Shown here: one piece after another, positions 54,889 to 64,000 of the stretch
Numbering within the stretch: the first letter of the stretch is position 1
How the letters are laid out: every line of letters starts with the position of its first letter
Assembly (NCBI GenBank): GCA_050942875.1
Contig: JBMNOD010000004.1
Span: 4,578 to 68,577 of the forward strand
Source: Kiritimatiellia bacterium
GTDB lineage: Bacteria; Verrucomicrobiota; Kiritimatiellia; RFP12; UBA3636
DNA: 64,000 nt
Direction: 5' to 3'
Program-made: the position numbers and the translations under genes
Notes under the pieces: model-generated
Told to the model about the DNA's origin: nothing
The model's database searches: none
The model's input: the letters and a program-made list of their open reading frames with translations, nothing else

Positions 54889-55578
54889 CTAGTTCCGATG
54901 CCGGTTGAACCGCAGCGGACGATCCACGGAGACGACCTTGCCGTCCTCCACGACGACCTTCGCACAGTAGCCCGTGTGGAGGAAAACCGACCACATCAGC
55001 GTTTCGCTGCCGGACGCCTTCTCCACGTTGAGCGGACGCCCCATCAGCGCCAGCAGCTCCTGCCGCGTCATCCCTTCCTCGATCTGCTGCCAGCGCCGGA
55101 TGCTGAAATTCGCCGACCATCGGGTGTCCTCGTGCATGAAACCGCACGCGTGGAAGAGAAACACCGTCCAGATGGAGCCGATGATCGCGAAACATGCGGC
55201 AATCCCCCGCATCGCAGCGGGAATGGCCGAATGCTTCCGGCGAGCCTTGATCACGATCATCAACGCGCCGAGGATCGTCAGCGCCGGAATCCAAAGCCAG
55301 ATGATGAAGACGTACAACAGGCTCCGGATGGAATACAGGGACGGACCGACCCGGAAGGGCTTGTAGGGCGGCGTCTTTCCAAAGAACCCAAGCGCGGACG
55401 AGACGATGATCACCAGCGCCACCGCGAAGGTGGCAATGTACGCACAGCCACACCAGACAAACAGGTTCCGACGACGACCGATCACGGCAATCACCAGCAG
55501 CGGAACGACCGGATACAGCGAGAGGATGGCTGTCTGCTGGACAATGTAGGAAACATCCCAGTTCAAAATCCAATTCAT
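54889..55578 (-). CDS. hypothetical membrane protein (4 TM) with C-terminal small periplasmic domain (BamE/SmpA-like motif GMTRQELLALMGRP)
   Basis: Start at MNWILNW giving ATGA overlap with upstream large membrane-protein gene; hydrophobic helices then ...IEEGMTRQELLALMGRPLNVEK... Confidence 0.45.
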   Translation of the reverse strand: MNWILNWDVSYIVQQTAILSLYPVVPLLVIAVIGRRRNLFVWCGCAYIATFAVALVIIVSSALGFFGKTPPYKPFRVGPSLYSIRSLLYVFIIWLWIPALTILGALMIVIKARRKHSAIPAAMRGIAACFAIIGSIWTVFLFHACGFMHEDTRWSANFSIRRWQQIEEGMTRQELLALMGRPLNVEKASGSETLMWSVFLHTGYCAKVVVEDGKVVSVDRPLRFNRHRN

Positions 55579-58500
55579 GCTTTCTCCCCCGAGGACGAAT
55601 TTCTTATCCACCGTTTCGTAGCGAAAGACCCCAGCGCAACCACCATGGCAATGGAAACCACGCGCGAGACCACGACGACAACACCGTCGTCGTAAACCAG
55701 TTCGACTTCATTTCCAACAGGATACACGGCCAGATGCCCGGGTGTCAAAAAATAAACGGCGTCCGCGCCGCGCGCGCGCCAGTTGGGAGCGTAGGAAATG
55801 GCGATGACATGCGGAAGCCCCGGCGAGTCGGTGCGAAAGCGAATGCCGCCATCCGGAAGCTTCTCAACGTCGTCGCATGGCGTGGAGCAAGTATCGAGCC
55901 AACCCGCCGCAGGCGGCCCGTTCGTGAGCGACGCCAGCCAGGCGACGTAGTCGGCATGGGTCTGCACGGCGACGCCCGGCGGCGCGGGCGTCCCCTGCCC
56001 CGCCAGCACCGCCGGCGTCTCGACGGCCGCCGGGGTGTACATCCACTCCAGCAAATCGCGCTGAACATGCGTCGATTCAAAGACCGGCAACGGCGTCTTC
56101 CACACGCGCACGGGCGACGCCGACCCCAGCCGGCTCTCGTAGAGCTTCCACTTGCCGCCGCCAAACGCGCCGATGCGCGTCCAGCCCGCATCCGCGTCAA
56201 ACGCCTCCTGGACGCGGCGGCCGCGCGCGACAAAATGCCGGACGTTCATGAACTCAAGATGTCGCATGCCCGACGCGGGGTTGAAGGGCTGCGGCTTCAC
56301 CAGCAGGGGCCATCCCGCCGGATGCTCCGAAATCTCGCACTGGATCGTGTAGGCCGCCAGCGACCCGAGCGCGGAGTTCACAATGCCGCCCTCCAGAATC
56401 GGCTTGCCGCAGAGGTGCGGCATCGCCTCGAAGACGCGGCTCGATCCCAGCGCCTCGTGCCCGGGATGCATGTCTTGCGAGAGCCGCCCGCCCGTCCCGC
56501 GAACCCGGTCCACGATGCGCCCGACGACGTCCCCCTCGCGAATCCCATCCAGCCCCTCGAAATTGTACCGCGCCCAATGGCGGACGTGGTTCGCGCACGA
56601 CCACGCCGGATTGTCCTCGTGGCCTTCCGTTTGCCAGGCGAACGACAGGCAGGCGCACAGGCAGACCACCACGCCGAGCGCTTGCAAGCCCGCAATCCGC
56701 GAGGCGTGCGCAAACGCCAACGCCCCGACGACCAGCAGCGAATAGACGATGAACGGCCAGAACCGGCAGTTCACGAAGACATCGGAAAACGCCCCGCCGA
56801 CAAAGAAGAAAAGCAGCGAGAACCCGAGCAGCCCCAAATGCGCAAAAAACCAATGCGCATCGCCGCGCCAGCCCGATGACGCAGGCTCGCGGACGCGCAC
56901 CGCCACCACCGCTACAAGCCCCGCCCCCAGCGCGGCCAGCAGCGGCCACGTCGCCAACGGCGGCAACTGGCGGAAGAAGCGGATGTCCCAGCGTCCGCCG
57001 AAATCCACCGACCAGGCCCGCTCCGCGTACAACGGGACCACCCACCACGCCGTCAGCAGAAGCGCGCCCGTCCCCTCCGCCGCCAGGACGGCCCACGGAC
57101 GCCGCATCAGCGGCAAGCCGCTCCTCCGAAGCTCCGGCGCCGCCGCAAAAGACAACAAGACGAAGGCGAGCACCAGCGCCGCCATCATCGACGTGAAGAA
57201 ATGCGACAGCACGACGGCCGCGAGCATCAGCGCCGTCCGCACGCGGCAGCGGCCTTCGAGCGCGTCGCGGAGCGCCATCGCCATCGCCGGCGCCAGCAGC
57301 GCGAAGCTCCAGCTGTTCGCGATCATGCCGGCCAACGTGCTGTAGGCGTTCACGCCCCACATGTTGTGCGTGTTGTCGAGAACCAGCGGCACGGCCAGAC
57401 AGGCGAGCATCGCGGGCGCGGGACGGCGCAGGCGCAAAATGCGCCCCGACGCGTAGAGGCAAGCCGGCAGCGCCAGGATCCCCGCGATGGAGCCGATCTT
57501 GAACGCCACATTGTGCGGGACGACCGTTGAAAGCAGCGCCATCGCCGCATACGGCAGCGGGAAGTAGAAGCGGAACATCGGGAACCCGCTCCACCAGCCC
57601 GGCGCCCACGACACGATCCGCCCCGTCTCGCGGATGTGCGAGATCAAGTAGTGATGCGCCGGCGTGTCGCCGCCGACGCACAACGTATCGAGCCAGACGA
57701 GCTGCGCGTTGAGCATCCAGCCGAGGTAGAGTGTCAACCCCGCCACCAGCCCGGCATCGCACCACGCCCAGACCGTGCCACGCGCCTCTGGCGCAGCGCC
57801 AGGAGGCTGGCCACGCCCCCACAGCCGACGCAAAGACGCCGCCAGCCAGATTGCGGCCAGCGCCCAGGTGATCTCCTGCGGCAGCCGTTGCGGCAAGTCC
57901 GACGCTGCGGCAGGAGCGTCGGATTGCAAATCCAACTGGGCAAACGTCTCGACAACATGGTGGAACCCATCCGCCGTCTCGAACTCAAGCAGCGCCGCGA
58001 CAGGCAGGGTGGCGGAGCCGTCTGGAGAAAGCGGCCGGTTCTCGATGTCGATGTCCACCACGACGATGCCGCGGGCCGGAACCGACACCGTCCTGGGCGC
58101 ATCGTCCGCGAGCTGGAAACCCGCGGGCAGCAACATGCGGAGGGAAGCGTCCACGGATTCATCGACCGAGGAGTTCACGGCCAGGGACAGCGTCCTGGAT
58201 TGTTTCAAGCGCGGATCCTCGCCGGCCGCGGGCATGGGGGCCGCGAGCGCGGCGTCGAGCGGCGAAGCCCAGGCCGTCGCATCCACGCCGATGAAACAAC
58301 GTGCCCAGGACACGGTCTCGTTCGTCCTGCCGACCGAGTCCGCATAGGCGATGTGAAGGGGGACGATGTACACGCCGGGCCTGTCGGGCGGCGCCCCCGC
58401 CGGCAACACGCCCGAGACCGCATCGCCGGCATCGACAAACACGGGCTCGCTGCTGACGGCCTCCCCTTGAAAAGGGCATGCAGTGACCACGAGCGAATCC

Positions 58501-58646
58501 GCCAGCGCATCGCCTGAATTTCGAATCGACCACTGCACGCTGCCGGTGTCCGCATCATAAAACGTCTCGGTTTCCAGGACGACCGTGGAAGCGGCCAGGC
58601 CGATGCCCTGCAACCCCAAAACGAGGGCTGCCAGACATGTCCGCAT
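55575..58646 (-). CDS. very large polytopic membrane protein (~1020 aa): signal peptide, ~300-aa N-terminal extracytoplasmic domain, ~13 TM core, ~400-aa C-terminal soluble domain; possible GT-C-fold glycosyltransferase (uncertain)
   Basis: Start at MRTCLAALVLGLQGIGLAAS (signal-like) within ORF 55575..58784; hydropathy pattern read from sequence; no definitive motif. Confidence 0.45.
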   Translation of the reverse strand: MRTCLAALVLGLQGIGLAASTVVLETETFYDADTGSVQWSIRNSGDALADSLVVTACPFQGEAVSSEPVFVDAGDAVSGVLPAGAPPDRPGVYIVPLHIAYADSVGRTNETVSWARCFIGVDATAWASPLDAALAAPMPAAGEDPRLKQSRTLSLAVNSSVDESVDASLRMLLPAGFQLADDAPRTVSVPARGIVVVDIDIENRPLSPDGSATLPVAALLEFETADGFHHVVETFAQLDLQSDAPAAASDLPQRLPQEITWALAAIWLAASLRRLWGRGQPPGAAPEARGTVWAWCDAGLVAGLTLYLGWMLNAQLVWLDTLCVGGDTPAHHYLISHIRETGRIVSWAPGWWSGFPMFRFYFPLPYAAMALLSTVVPHNVAFKIGSIAGILALPACLYASGRILRLRRPAPAMLACLAVPLVLDNTHNMWGVNAYSTLAGMIANSWSFALLAPAMAMALRDALEGRCRVRTALMLAAVVLSHFFTSMMAALVLAFVLLSFAAAPELRRSGLPLMRRPWAVLAAEGTGALLLTAWWVVPLYAERAWSVDFGGRWDIRFFRQLPPLATWPLLAALGAGLVAVVAVRVREPASSGWRGDAHWFFAHLGLLGFSLLFFFVGGAFSDVFVNCRFWPFIVYSLLVVGALAFAHASRIAGLQALGVVVCLCACLSFAWQTEGHEDNPAWSCANHVRHWARYNFEGLDGIREGDVVGRIVDRVRGTGGRLSQDMHPGHEALGSSRVFEAMPHLCGKPILEGGIVNSALGSLAAYTIQCEISEHPAGWPLLVKPQPFNPASGMRHLEFMNVRHFVARGRRVQEAFDADAGWTRIGAFGGGKWKLYESRLGSASPVRVWKTPLPVFESTHVQRDLLEWMYTPAAVETPAVLAGQGTPAPPGVAVQTHADYVAWLASLTNGPPAAGWLDTCSTPCDDVEKLPDGGIRFRTDSPGLPHVIAISYAPNWRARGADAVYFLTPGHLAVYPVGNEVELVYDDGVVVVVSRVVSIAMVVALGSFATKRWIRNSSSGEKA

Positions 58647-58689
58647 GAAAGGGAGGGGCGTGTTCTTCAAGACGATCAATCCCCCTCGA

Positions 58690-59475
58690 TCAACCCCGTG
58701 GAGACGGTCTGGCGCGCGAGGGCCTGGGCGGCTCCTGGCGGTGGGCGGGCGACAAGTCGATTTCACCAAAAAGACCTGCGCCATCCTCCATGAACAGCGT
58801 CGGCCCCTGGAAGGCGCCGACGAGCGCCCCGCCCGAGTGGATGCGCGCCGACTTCATCACGGAAACCGACGCTCTGAGCGTGCCGAAGATTTCGAGTTCC
58901 GCGCAGCTCAGACGCGCCTCAAGCACGATGTCGTTGCCGGCCGGAATGCGGACGACGCCGGAGAGATTGTTGACGACCGACGGGTCGAACTTCGCCCGGG
59001 CGCCGATCTCGATCGACTCCGTCGCCACGACGGATGCCAGCGGCGTGGCATCGCCGTCCAGCAGGATGTTCTGGCCCGTCACCTTGACGCCGGGGGCGAA
59101 GGCGGCTTCCGGCGCGATGGTCACGTTGCCAATGGTCACGATGTCCTCGCTGTGCGGACCCGCGACCACGACATCCTCGGTCTTGAAGACCAGCCGGCAC
59201 TTCGGACAGTAGGGATTGGCCACCTTCCCCGAAAGCGTATGCGCATAGCCGCACGCATAGCAGATCACGAGCTGCTTTTTGGGCACGACGACATGGCCGC
59301 CCGGGCGCGCGGCCGTCGCCGGAGGCGGGTCGGCAGGCGCCGAAGGCGGATCGGCAGGCGCGTCTTTATCGGCGGGATTATGGTAGCGAGGCTTGACGGA
59401 CGCGCGGGCGGCCGCGCGTTTCATGGCCTGCACGGATTTGAAACCGTCGATGATGTTCGGATCGCTCGGCGACAT
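58690..59475 (-). CDS. bactofilin-like protein with N-terminal zinc ribbon
   Basis: CYACGYAH...CPKCR zinc ribbon followed by beta-helical bactofilin (DUF583) repeats (VVVAGPHSEDIVTIGNVTIAPEAAFAPGVKVTGQNILLDG...IEIGARAKFDP...). Confidence 0.6.
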   Translation of the reverse strand: MSPSDPNIIDGFKSVQAMKRAAARASVKPRYHNPADKDAPADPPSAPADPPPATAARPGGHVVVPKKQLVICYACGYAHTLSGKVANPYCPKCRLVFKTEDVVVAGPHSEDIVTIGNVTIAPEAAFAPGVKVTGQNILLDGDATPLASVVATESIEIGARAKFDPSVVNNLSGVVRIPAGNDIVLEARLSCAELEIFGTLRASVSVMKSARIHSGGALVGAFQGPTLFMEDGAGLFGEIDLSPAHRQEPPRPSRARPSPRG

Positions 59476-59496
59476 TCCCGTGACCTCGGGAGCCGG

Positions 59497-59937
59497 CTAG
59501 CCGCGCTTGGAGTCTCCGGTGCCAGAGGTCGCGGAAGACGCAGGCGTGGACGTGGGCGGGGGCGTGGGGGCCGACGATGCACGAGGAGCGGGCGAATCGC
59601 CAAAGCCGCCGGGGTTCACCTCGGACTTGCCGATGAAGGTCACGCCGTCTTCGACGGTCAGGCGCTTGGCGCGGATGTCGCCCTCGACCTTGGCCGTGCT
59701 TTTCATCTCGATGCGGTCCTTGGCCGTGATGTTGCCGGCGATGGCGCCGGAAACGCTGACGGATTCGGCGGAGACGTTGCCTTTGACAACGGCGGACTTG
59801 CCGAAAAGCGCCGCGGCGGTGCAAACGAGGTCGCCATTGAGCTTTCCATCGAACTGGACGCTGCTGGCGCACTTGATCGAACCGGTGATCTCAATGTCCT
59901 CTGCGATGAGGGTCTTGGGGGTCTTGTCTGTTTCCAT
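59497..59937 (-). CDS. bactofilin (CcmA/BacA-like polymer-forming cytoskeletal protein)
   Basis: METDKTPKTLIAEDIEITGSIKCASSVQFDGKLNGDLVCTAAALFGKSAVVKGNVSAESVSVSGAIAGNI... canonical bactofilin beta-helix repeats with Pro/Ser-rich C-terminal tail. Confidence 0.7.
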   Translation of the reverse strand: METDKTPKTLIAEDIEITGSIKCASSVQFDGKLNGDLVCTAAALFGKSAVVKGNVSAESVSVSGAIAGNITAKDRIEMKSTAKVEGDIRAKRLTVEDGVTFIGKSEVNPGGFGDSPAPRASSAPTPPPTSTPASSATSGTGDSKRG

Positions 59938-60029
59938 GGTTGTTGCCTTTGCTGCTGGATGAGGGTGGAAATGAAGCGCGCAAGCCGCGCAAACGTTGTC
60001 GTGCGCCCGCAAGGGCGTCCCGCGCAGGA

Positions 60030-61088
60030 TTACGGGAAGAACGACGGGCGGTCGAGGCCGGTCGTCTCGGGCAGGCCGCAGACGAGGTTCATGTTCTGGA
60101 GCGCCGAACCCGCCTGGCCCTTGACGAGATTGTCGATGTAGGAGACGACGCGCAGCCGATTGACGCGCGGATCGACGCTGACAACCACGTTAGCAAAGTT
60201 CGTGCCACGAACATGCATCGAACCGACGTTGGCCGTCGAGGGCAGCACGCGCACAAACGGGCTGTCGCGATAGAAGTCGCGATAGATCGCCAACATCGCC
60301 TCCTCCGTCGTGGGCTCAAGGAGATCCGCATAGAGGCAGGACATGATGCCGCGGCAAAGCGGAACGACCTGCGCGGTGAACGTGACGACGGCGGGAGCGC
60401 CGGCGAGCCGCGAGAGTTCGCGCTCGACTTCGCAGACATGCTGGTGCCCGGCGAGCCGGTAGGCGTTCATCATCTCGTGGCGATTCGGGAAGTGATGCGT
60501 GGCGGCGAGCTTCTTGCCCGCCCCGGAAATGCCGGACTTGCAGTCGCAGATGATGGAGTCGAGCCGAATCGCGCGAGCGGCGGCGGCGGGCGCAAGGCCA
60601 AGAATGCAGCTCACCGCAAAGCAGCCGGGATTGCCGACAAGGCGACGCTCGGCCGTGATTTCCGCGCGGTGCAGCTCCGTCATCCCATAGACGGTCATGG
60701 GGAGCAGATCGGGGTCGGCGTGAACCGGGTTCTTGCCGATGCGCCGCGCATACTCCGCGTAGTCCTCGGCGGAATTGAAGCGGAAGTCGCCGCTGTAGTC
60801 GATGACCTTCGCGCCCTTGTCGAGCTCGGCGCGCGCCGACTTCATGCCCACCCCGTCCGGCGTGGCGAAAAAGACGACGTCGGCGGGCGCCTGCGCTTCC
60901 GGGCTGTCCGGCGGCTGCACGACGAGATCGCAGAAGCCCGAGAGATGCGGCCAGATGTCCGAGATGGGCAGGCCGACGCTTTCAAGGGCGACGAGCGATT
61001 GGATGCGCACCTCGGGGTGGCGAAGGAGAAGTTCGATGATGCCGATGCCGCCGTAGCCGCTGGCGCCGATGACTTTGACGTTGATCAT
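60030..61088 (-). CDS. argC: N-acetyl-gamma-glutamyl-phosphate reductase
   Basis: MINVKVIGASGYGGIGIIELLLRHPEV...GNPGCFAVSCILGLAP (catalytic Cys block) typical of ArgC. Confidence 0.9.
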   Translation of the reverse strand: MINVKVIGASGYGGIGIIELLLRHPEVRIQSLVALESVGLPISDIWPHLSGFCDLVVQPPDSPEAQAPADVVFFATPDGVGMKSARAELDKGAKVIDYSGDFRFNSAEDYAEYARRIGKNPVHADPDLLPMTVYGMTELHRAEITAERRLVGNPGCFAVSCILGLAPAAAARAIRLDSIICDCKSGISGAGKKLAATHHFPNRHEMMNAYRLAGHQHVCEVERELSRLAGAPAVVTFTAQVVPLCRGIMSCLYADLLEPTTEEAMLAIYRDFYRDSPFVRVLPSTANVGSMHVRGTNFANVVVSVDPRVNRLRVVSYIDNLVKGQAGSALQNMNLVCGLPETTGLDRPSFFP

Positions 61089-61147
61089 ATTGCTGGAAAT
61101 ACGTTGTTTGGTGTTGTGTGGACCCGGCGCAGCGCCGGGAAGCGAGG

Positions 61148-62542
61148 TTAGACATTTTGAAAACGTTGACCGGAGACGGGGACGTCGACCCGCTGAATGC
61201 CGGCCTCCTGAAGCGAGCGTTTGTGCGCCTCGCAGTACTCGGGCTCGCCGTGGACGCAGAAGACGTGCTCCAGCGAGGGGCCAAGCGCCTTCGCGTAATT
61301 GACGAGTCCGGTGCTGTCGGCATGCGCGGAAAGCTCGTTGATCGTGAAGACCGTTGCGCGAAGCTCATGCTCCTCGCCGAAGATCTTCACCACGGGCTCG
61401 CGCTCCACGATCTTGCGCCCCAGCGTGTCGCTGGCCTGGAAGCCCGTGATGAGGATCACGTTCATCGGATGGCTGATCGTATGCTTGAGGTGGTGGAGAA
61501 TCCGGCCGCCCTCGCACATGCCCGAGGCCGAGATGATGATCATCGGCCCGGGGGCCTTGTTGATGGCCATGGACTCCTCGACCGAGGACGTGAAGCGAAG
61601 ACCGGGGAAACGAAACGGATCATCGCCGGATTCAAGCTGGCGCCGTGTGCGTTCGTTGAAGCATTCGGTGTGGGTGCGATGAATCTCGGTGGCCTTCTTC
61701 GAAAGCGGGCTGTCCACGAACACCGGAACGACAGGAATGCGGCGATTCTCCACAAGCTCGTTGAACATCATGATGATCTGCTGCGTGCGACCGACGCTGA
61801 AGGCGGGAATCACAAGCTTCGACTTGTGCTGGCAGATCAGATCGACGTAGTCCTTGAGGCGCCCGAGCACGTTTTCACGCGTGGGATGGTTGCGGTCGCC
61901 GTAGGTGCATTCCGTGATGAACACGTCCACGTCCGGCACAACGACGGGATCGTTGAGAAAGGGCGTGTTCCGCTGGCCCAGGTCGCCGGTGAAGAGCAGA
62001 CGGCGCGGCAGTCGGTCGCGCATGTAATCAAGCGTGCAAGTGGCGGAGCCAAGGATGTGGCCGGCATCGTTGAACGTCAGTTCGAGCCCGGGGACGACCG
62101 TCTGGCGCCGGCCGTAGTCAAGCGTCCGAAAAAGCGTCATCGTCTCCTCGACGTCGCCTTGGTCGTAAAGGAGCTCGAAAAGGCGCTTCCCCTGCCGACC
62201 GCGACGCCGATTGACGTATTCGACATCCTTTTCCTGAAGGAAGGCGGAGTCGCGCAGCATCACGTCGGCGAGGGAGCGCGTCGCAGGCGTGGCGTAGATG
62301 GGGCCGCGGTAGCCCTGGCGCACGAGCGCGGGCAACCGGCCGCTATGGTCGATGTGGGCGTGGGAGAGGATCACGGCATCGATCTCGTCCACGGAAATCG
62401 GCATCGTGCGGTTCAGCTCGAAGGACTCCTTGCGCTTGCCCTGAACGAGCCCGCAGTCCAACAGGACCTTGTAGCCTGCGTGCTCGACAAGATGCATCGA
62501 CCCCGTCGTCGTTTGAGCCGCACCGTAGAATGTCAAATCCAT
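61148..62542 (-). CDS. MBL-fold beta-CASP family ribonuclease (RNA-metabolising metallo-beta-lactamase)
   Basis: MDLTFYGAAQTTTGSMHLVE..., HAHIDHSG (HxHxDH), beta-CASP motifs and C-terminal RNA-specificity domain; start at internal Met of ORF 61148..62629. Confidence 0.8.
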   Translation of the reverse strand: MDLTFYGAAQTTTGSMHLVEHAGYKVLLDCGLVQGKRKESFELNRTMPISVDEIDAVILSHAHIDHSGRLPALVRQGYRGPIYATPATRSLADVMLRDSAFLQEKDVEYVNRRRGRQGKRLFELLYDQGDVEETMTLFRTLDYGRRQTVVPGLELTFNDAGHILGSATCTLDYMRDRLPRRLLFTGDLGQRNTPFLNDPVVVPDVDVFITECTYGDRNHPTRENVLGRLKDYVDLICQHKSKLVIPAFSVGRTQQIIMMFNELVENRRIPVVPVFVDSPLSKKATEIHRTHTECFNERTRRQLESGDDPFRFPGLRFTSSVEESMAINKAPGPMIIISASGMCEGGRILHHLKHTISHPMNVILITGFQASDTLGRKIVEREPVVKIFGEEHELRATVFTINELSAHADSTGLVNYAKALGPSLEHVFCVHGEPEYCEAHKRSLQEAGIQRVDVPVSGQRFQNV

Positions 62543-62739
62543 TGCCTGTCCTTTTGCTGACGTTTCGCCCTCGGCGCCGGAGAATGAAAAAGCGCCTCGG
62601 GGACATCCAAAACCGCGCCGCCTATGCAACCGAGAGCGAAAGAAAGGGTCTTGAAGGCTGAAAAACGCGAGAATCGTAAAGTCAGATGTGAAAAATACAG
62701 AAAAACCGGGTGCGAGTCAAGAAAGTTGCAACATCTTTC

Positions 62740-62768
62740 TTGAAAACCGAGGCAGGAAAGAGTAACTT
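62740..62768 (+). promoter_or_regulatory. candidate sigma70 promoter for panD-NUDIX-parB-like operon, preceded by a 9-bp-stem inverted repeat (possible operator)
   Basis: TTGAAA (62740-62745) - 17 bp - TAACTT (62763-62768); upstream tcaagaaag-ttgcaacat-ctttcttga inverted repeat at ~62716-62742. Confidence 0.35.
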
Positions 62769-62790
62769 GTTCGGAAGTGCAGGAGTGATT

Positions 62791-63153
62791 ATGCTATCCA
62801 TTTTTCTAAAGGCCAAACTACACAATCTCACGGTGACCGCCGCCGAGCTCCACTATCAGGGCAGCCTCACCCTCGACCCCGATTTCATGGAGATGGTTGG
62901 GATCCGCCAGTTCGAGAAGATCCTCGTCGCCAATCTCGAGAACGGCGAACGTTTCGAAACCTATGCCATCACCGGCGAACGAGGCTCCAAGATCTGCTGC
63001 CTCAATGGAGCCACCGCCCACAAGGGCGCCGTCGGCGACCGCGTCATCGTCTTCTCCTTCTGCATGCTCGCGGATGAGGAGGCCGACAGGCACGAGCCGC
63101 GAATCGCCCTCTTCGGCGACGGCAACACCCTTCTTCGCAGGAGCCCGATCTAG
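62791..63153 (+). CDS. panD: aspartate 1-decarboxylase
   Basis: MLSIFLKAKLHNLTVTAAELHYQGSLTLD... with the G-S self-cleavage site (YQGS) typical of PanD; start at internal Met of ORF 62710..63153. Confidence 0.85.
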   Translation: MLSIFLKAKLHNLTVTAAELHYQGSLTLDPDFMEMVGIRQFEKILVANLENGERFETYAITGERGSKICCLNGATAHKGAVGDRVIVFSFCMLADEEADRHEPRIALFGDGNTLLRRSPI

Positions 63154-63155
63154 CA

Positions 63156-63733
63156 TGGGCATCGCCAAGCCCCCCCTCGAACCCAAGTGGCGCGCGCTCA
63201 AAGGACCGCAATGGCGCCCCACCGAAGTCGCCACCCTCCTCTTCGTCTTCGATGGCGACGGGCGAGTCCTGCTCATCCACAAGAAGCGCGGTCTCGGCCG
63301 AGGCAAGGTCAACGGCCCGGGCGGGCGCCTCGAACCCGGCGAAACCCCCGTCCAGGCCGCCGTGCGCGAAACGCGCGAGGAACTTGGCATCGAGGTCCTC
63401 GACCCCCGGTTCTGCGGCTCCCTTCGCTTTCAATTCACCGACGGCTACGCTTTGCACGGCCACGTTTTCAAAGCCACCCGCTGGATCGGCGACCCCGTCG
63501 AAACAGACGAAGCCCGGCCCGAGTGGTTCCCCGTCGACGCCATTCCCTACGACGACATGTGGGAAGACGACCGCCACTGGTTCCCGATGATGCTCGCCGG
63601 AACGCCCTTCTCCGGGCGCTTCCTCTTCGACGGCGACGACATGCGCTGGATGGCGCTGGAGCCAGGCTTCGACGAAGCGGACGCCGCCGCCAACGGAACA
63701 ATCCACCCCACCACAGACCAGAAGGACAGATGA
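63156..63733 (+). CDS. NUDIX hydrolase (MutT-like)
   Basis: Nudix box GPGGRLEPGETPVQAAVRETREELGI (GX5EX7REUXEEXGU). Confidence 0.8.
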
Positions 63734-63735
63734 CA

Positions 63736-64000
63736 TGCAGGTGATGATCAGCAGCATTAAAGTGCCCGACCGCATCCGCAAGGATCTCGGCAACCTCGAG
63801 CCCCTCATGCAAAGCCTCAGTCGCTGCGGACAGCTCAACCCCATCACCGTCACGCGGGATCTCGAGCTCGTCGCCGGCCACCGCCGCCTCACCGCCGCCC
63901 AGCGCCTCGGCTGGAAGATGATCGACGCCACCATCGTCGACGGCCTCACCGACGAGCGACGCCTCGAGATGGAGATCGAAGAAAACATCTACCGCATGGA
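63736..64000 (+). CDS. ParB/Srx-fold N-terminal domain protein (ParB-like nuclease domain), partial - runs off window end
   Basis: MQVMISSIKVPDRIRKDLGNLEPLMQSLSRCGQLNPITVTRDLELVAGHRRLTAAQRLG: ParB box II-like GHRR motif. Confidence 0.6.

Noticed and set aside
56254-57822. 522-aa ORF (-) and 381-aa ORF 55734..56879 (+)
   Set aside because: They are other frames of the large polytopic membrane-protein gene region, with Arg/Gly/Ala-rich composition.
58585-62560. 518-aa, 403-aa and 480-aa ORFs on the plus strand
   Set aside because: They are antisense to the bactofilin, argC and beta-CASP RNase genes, which have clear motifs.

Overview
This is a high-GC bacterial chromosomal window. Gene content (exosortase with EpsI, PEGA-domain protein, type III glutamine synthetase, HIT protein next to a PVC-restricted hypothetical, prepilin-like proteins, giant SdrD-B-repeat surface protein) suggests a Verrucomicrobia/PVC-type genome, but that is inference only. 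I can support about 55 protein-coding genes, one tRNA-Thr(CGU) and several terminators and promoters.

Most genes are housekeeping: lepA-maf-pgpA, rpe, glgB, tadA, hisI, truA, pgsA, rdgB, argC, panD, glnN-type GS III.

Notable content:
(a) A ~11 kb co-directional minus-strand cluster runs GT4-GT4-GT2 (polyprenyl-P-sugar synthase-like)-DUF2304-GT39 (PMT/ArnT-like)-two MsbA-like ABC exporters-SGNH esterase. It looks like a lipid-linked glycosylation and export system.
(b) A 2942-aa repetitive surface protein has an unusual, palindrome-dense 112-bp tandem repeat in its upstream region.
(c) rpe is flanked by ~1.1 kb of repeat-dense noncoding DNA. It contains heptamer tandem repeats, a CTAGC-rich repeat family in inverted orientation on either side, and a ~350-bp MITE-like element with terminal inverted repeats.
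(d) A Ser/Thr kinase sits divergent from an exonuclease-FHA-PEGA-secreted protein cluster.
(e) An exosortase/EpsI pair is embedded among housekeeping genes with no PEP-CTERM substrate visible.
(f) There is a bactofilin pair, one copy with an N-terminal zinc ribbon, next to a very large polytopic membrane protein. There is also a zinc-ribbon-anchored GspG-like pseudopilin-domain protein without a prepilin leader, and a rubredoxin gene missed by the ORF track.

Many long ORFs in the six-frame track are antisense or alternative-frame artefacts of the high GC content (Arg/Ala/Gly-rich) and were rejected.
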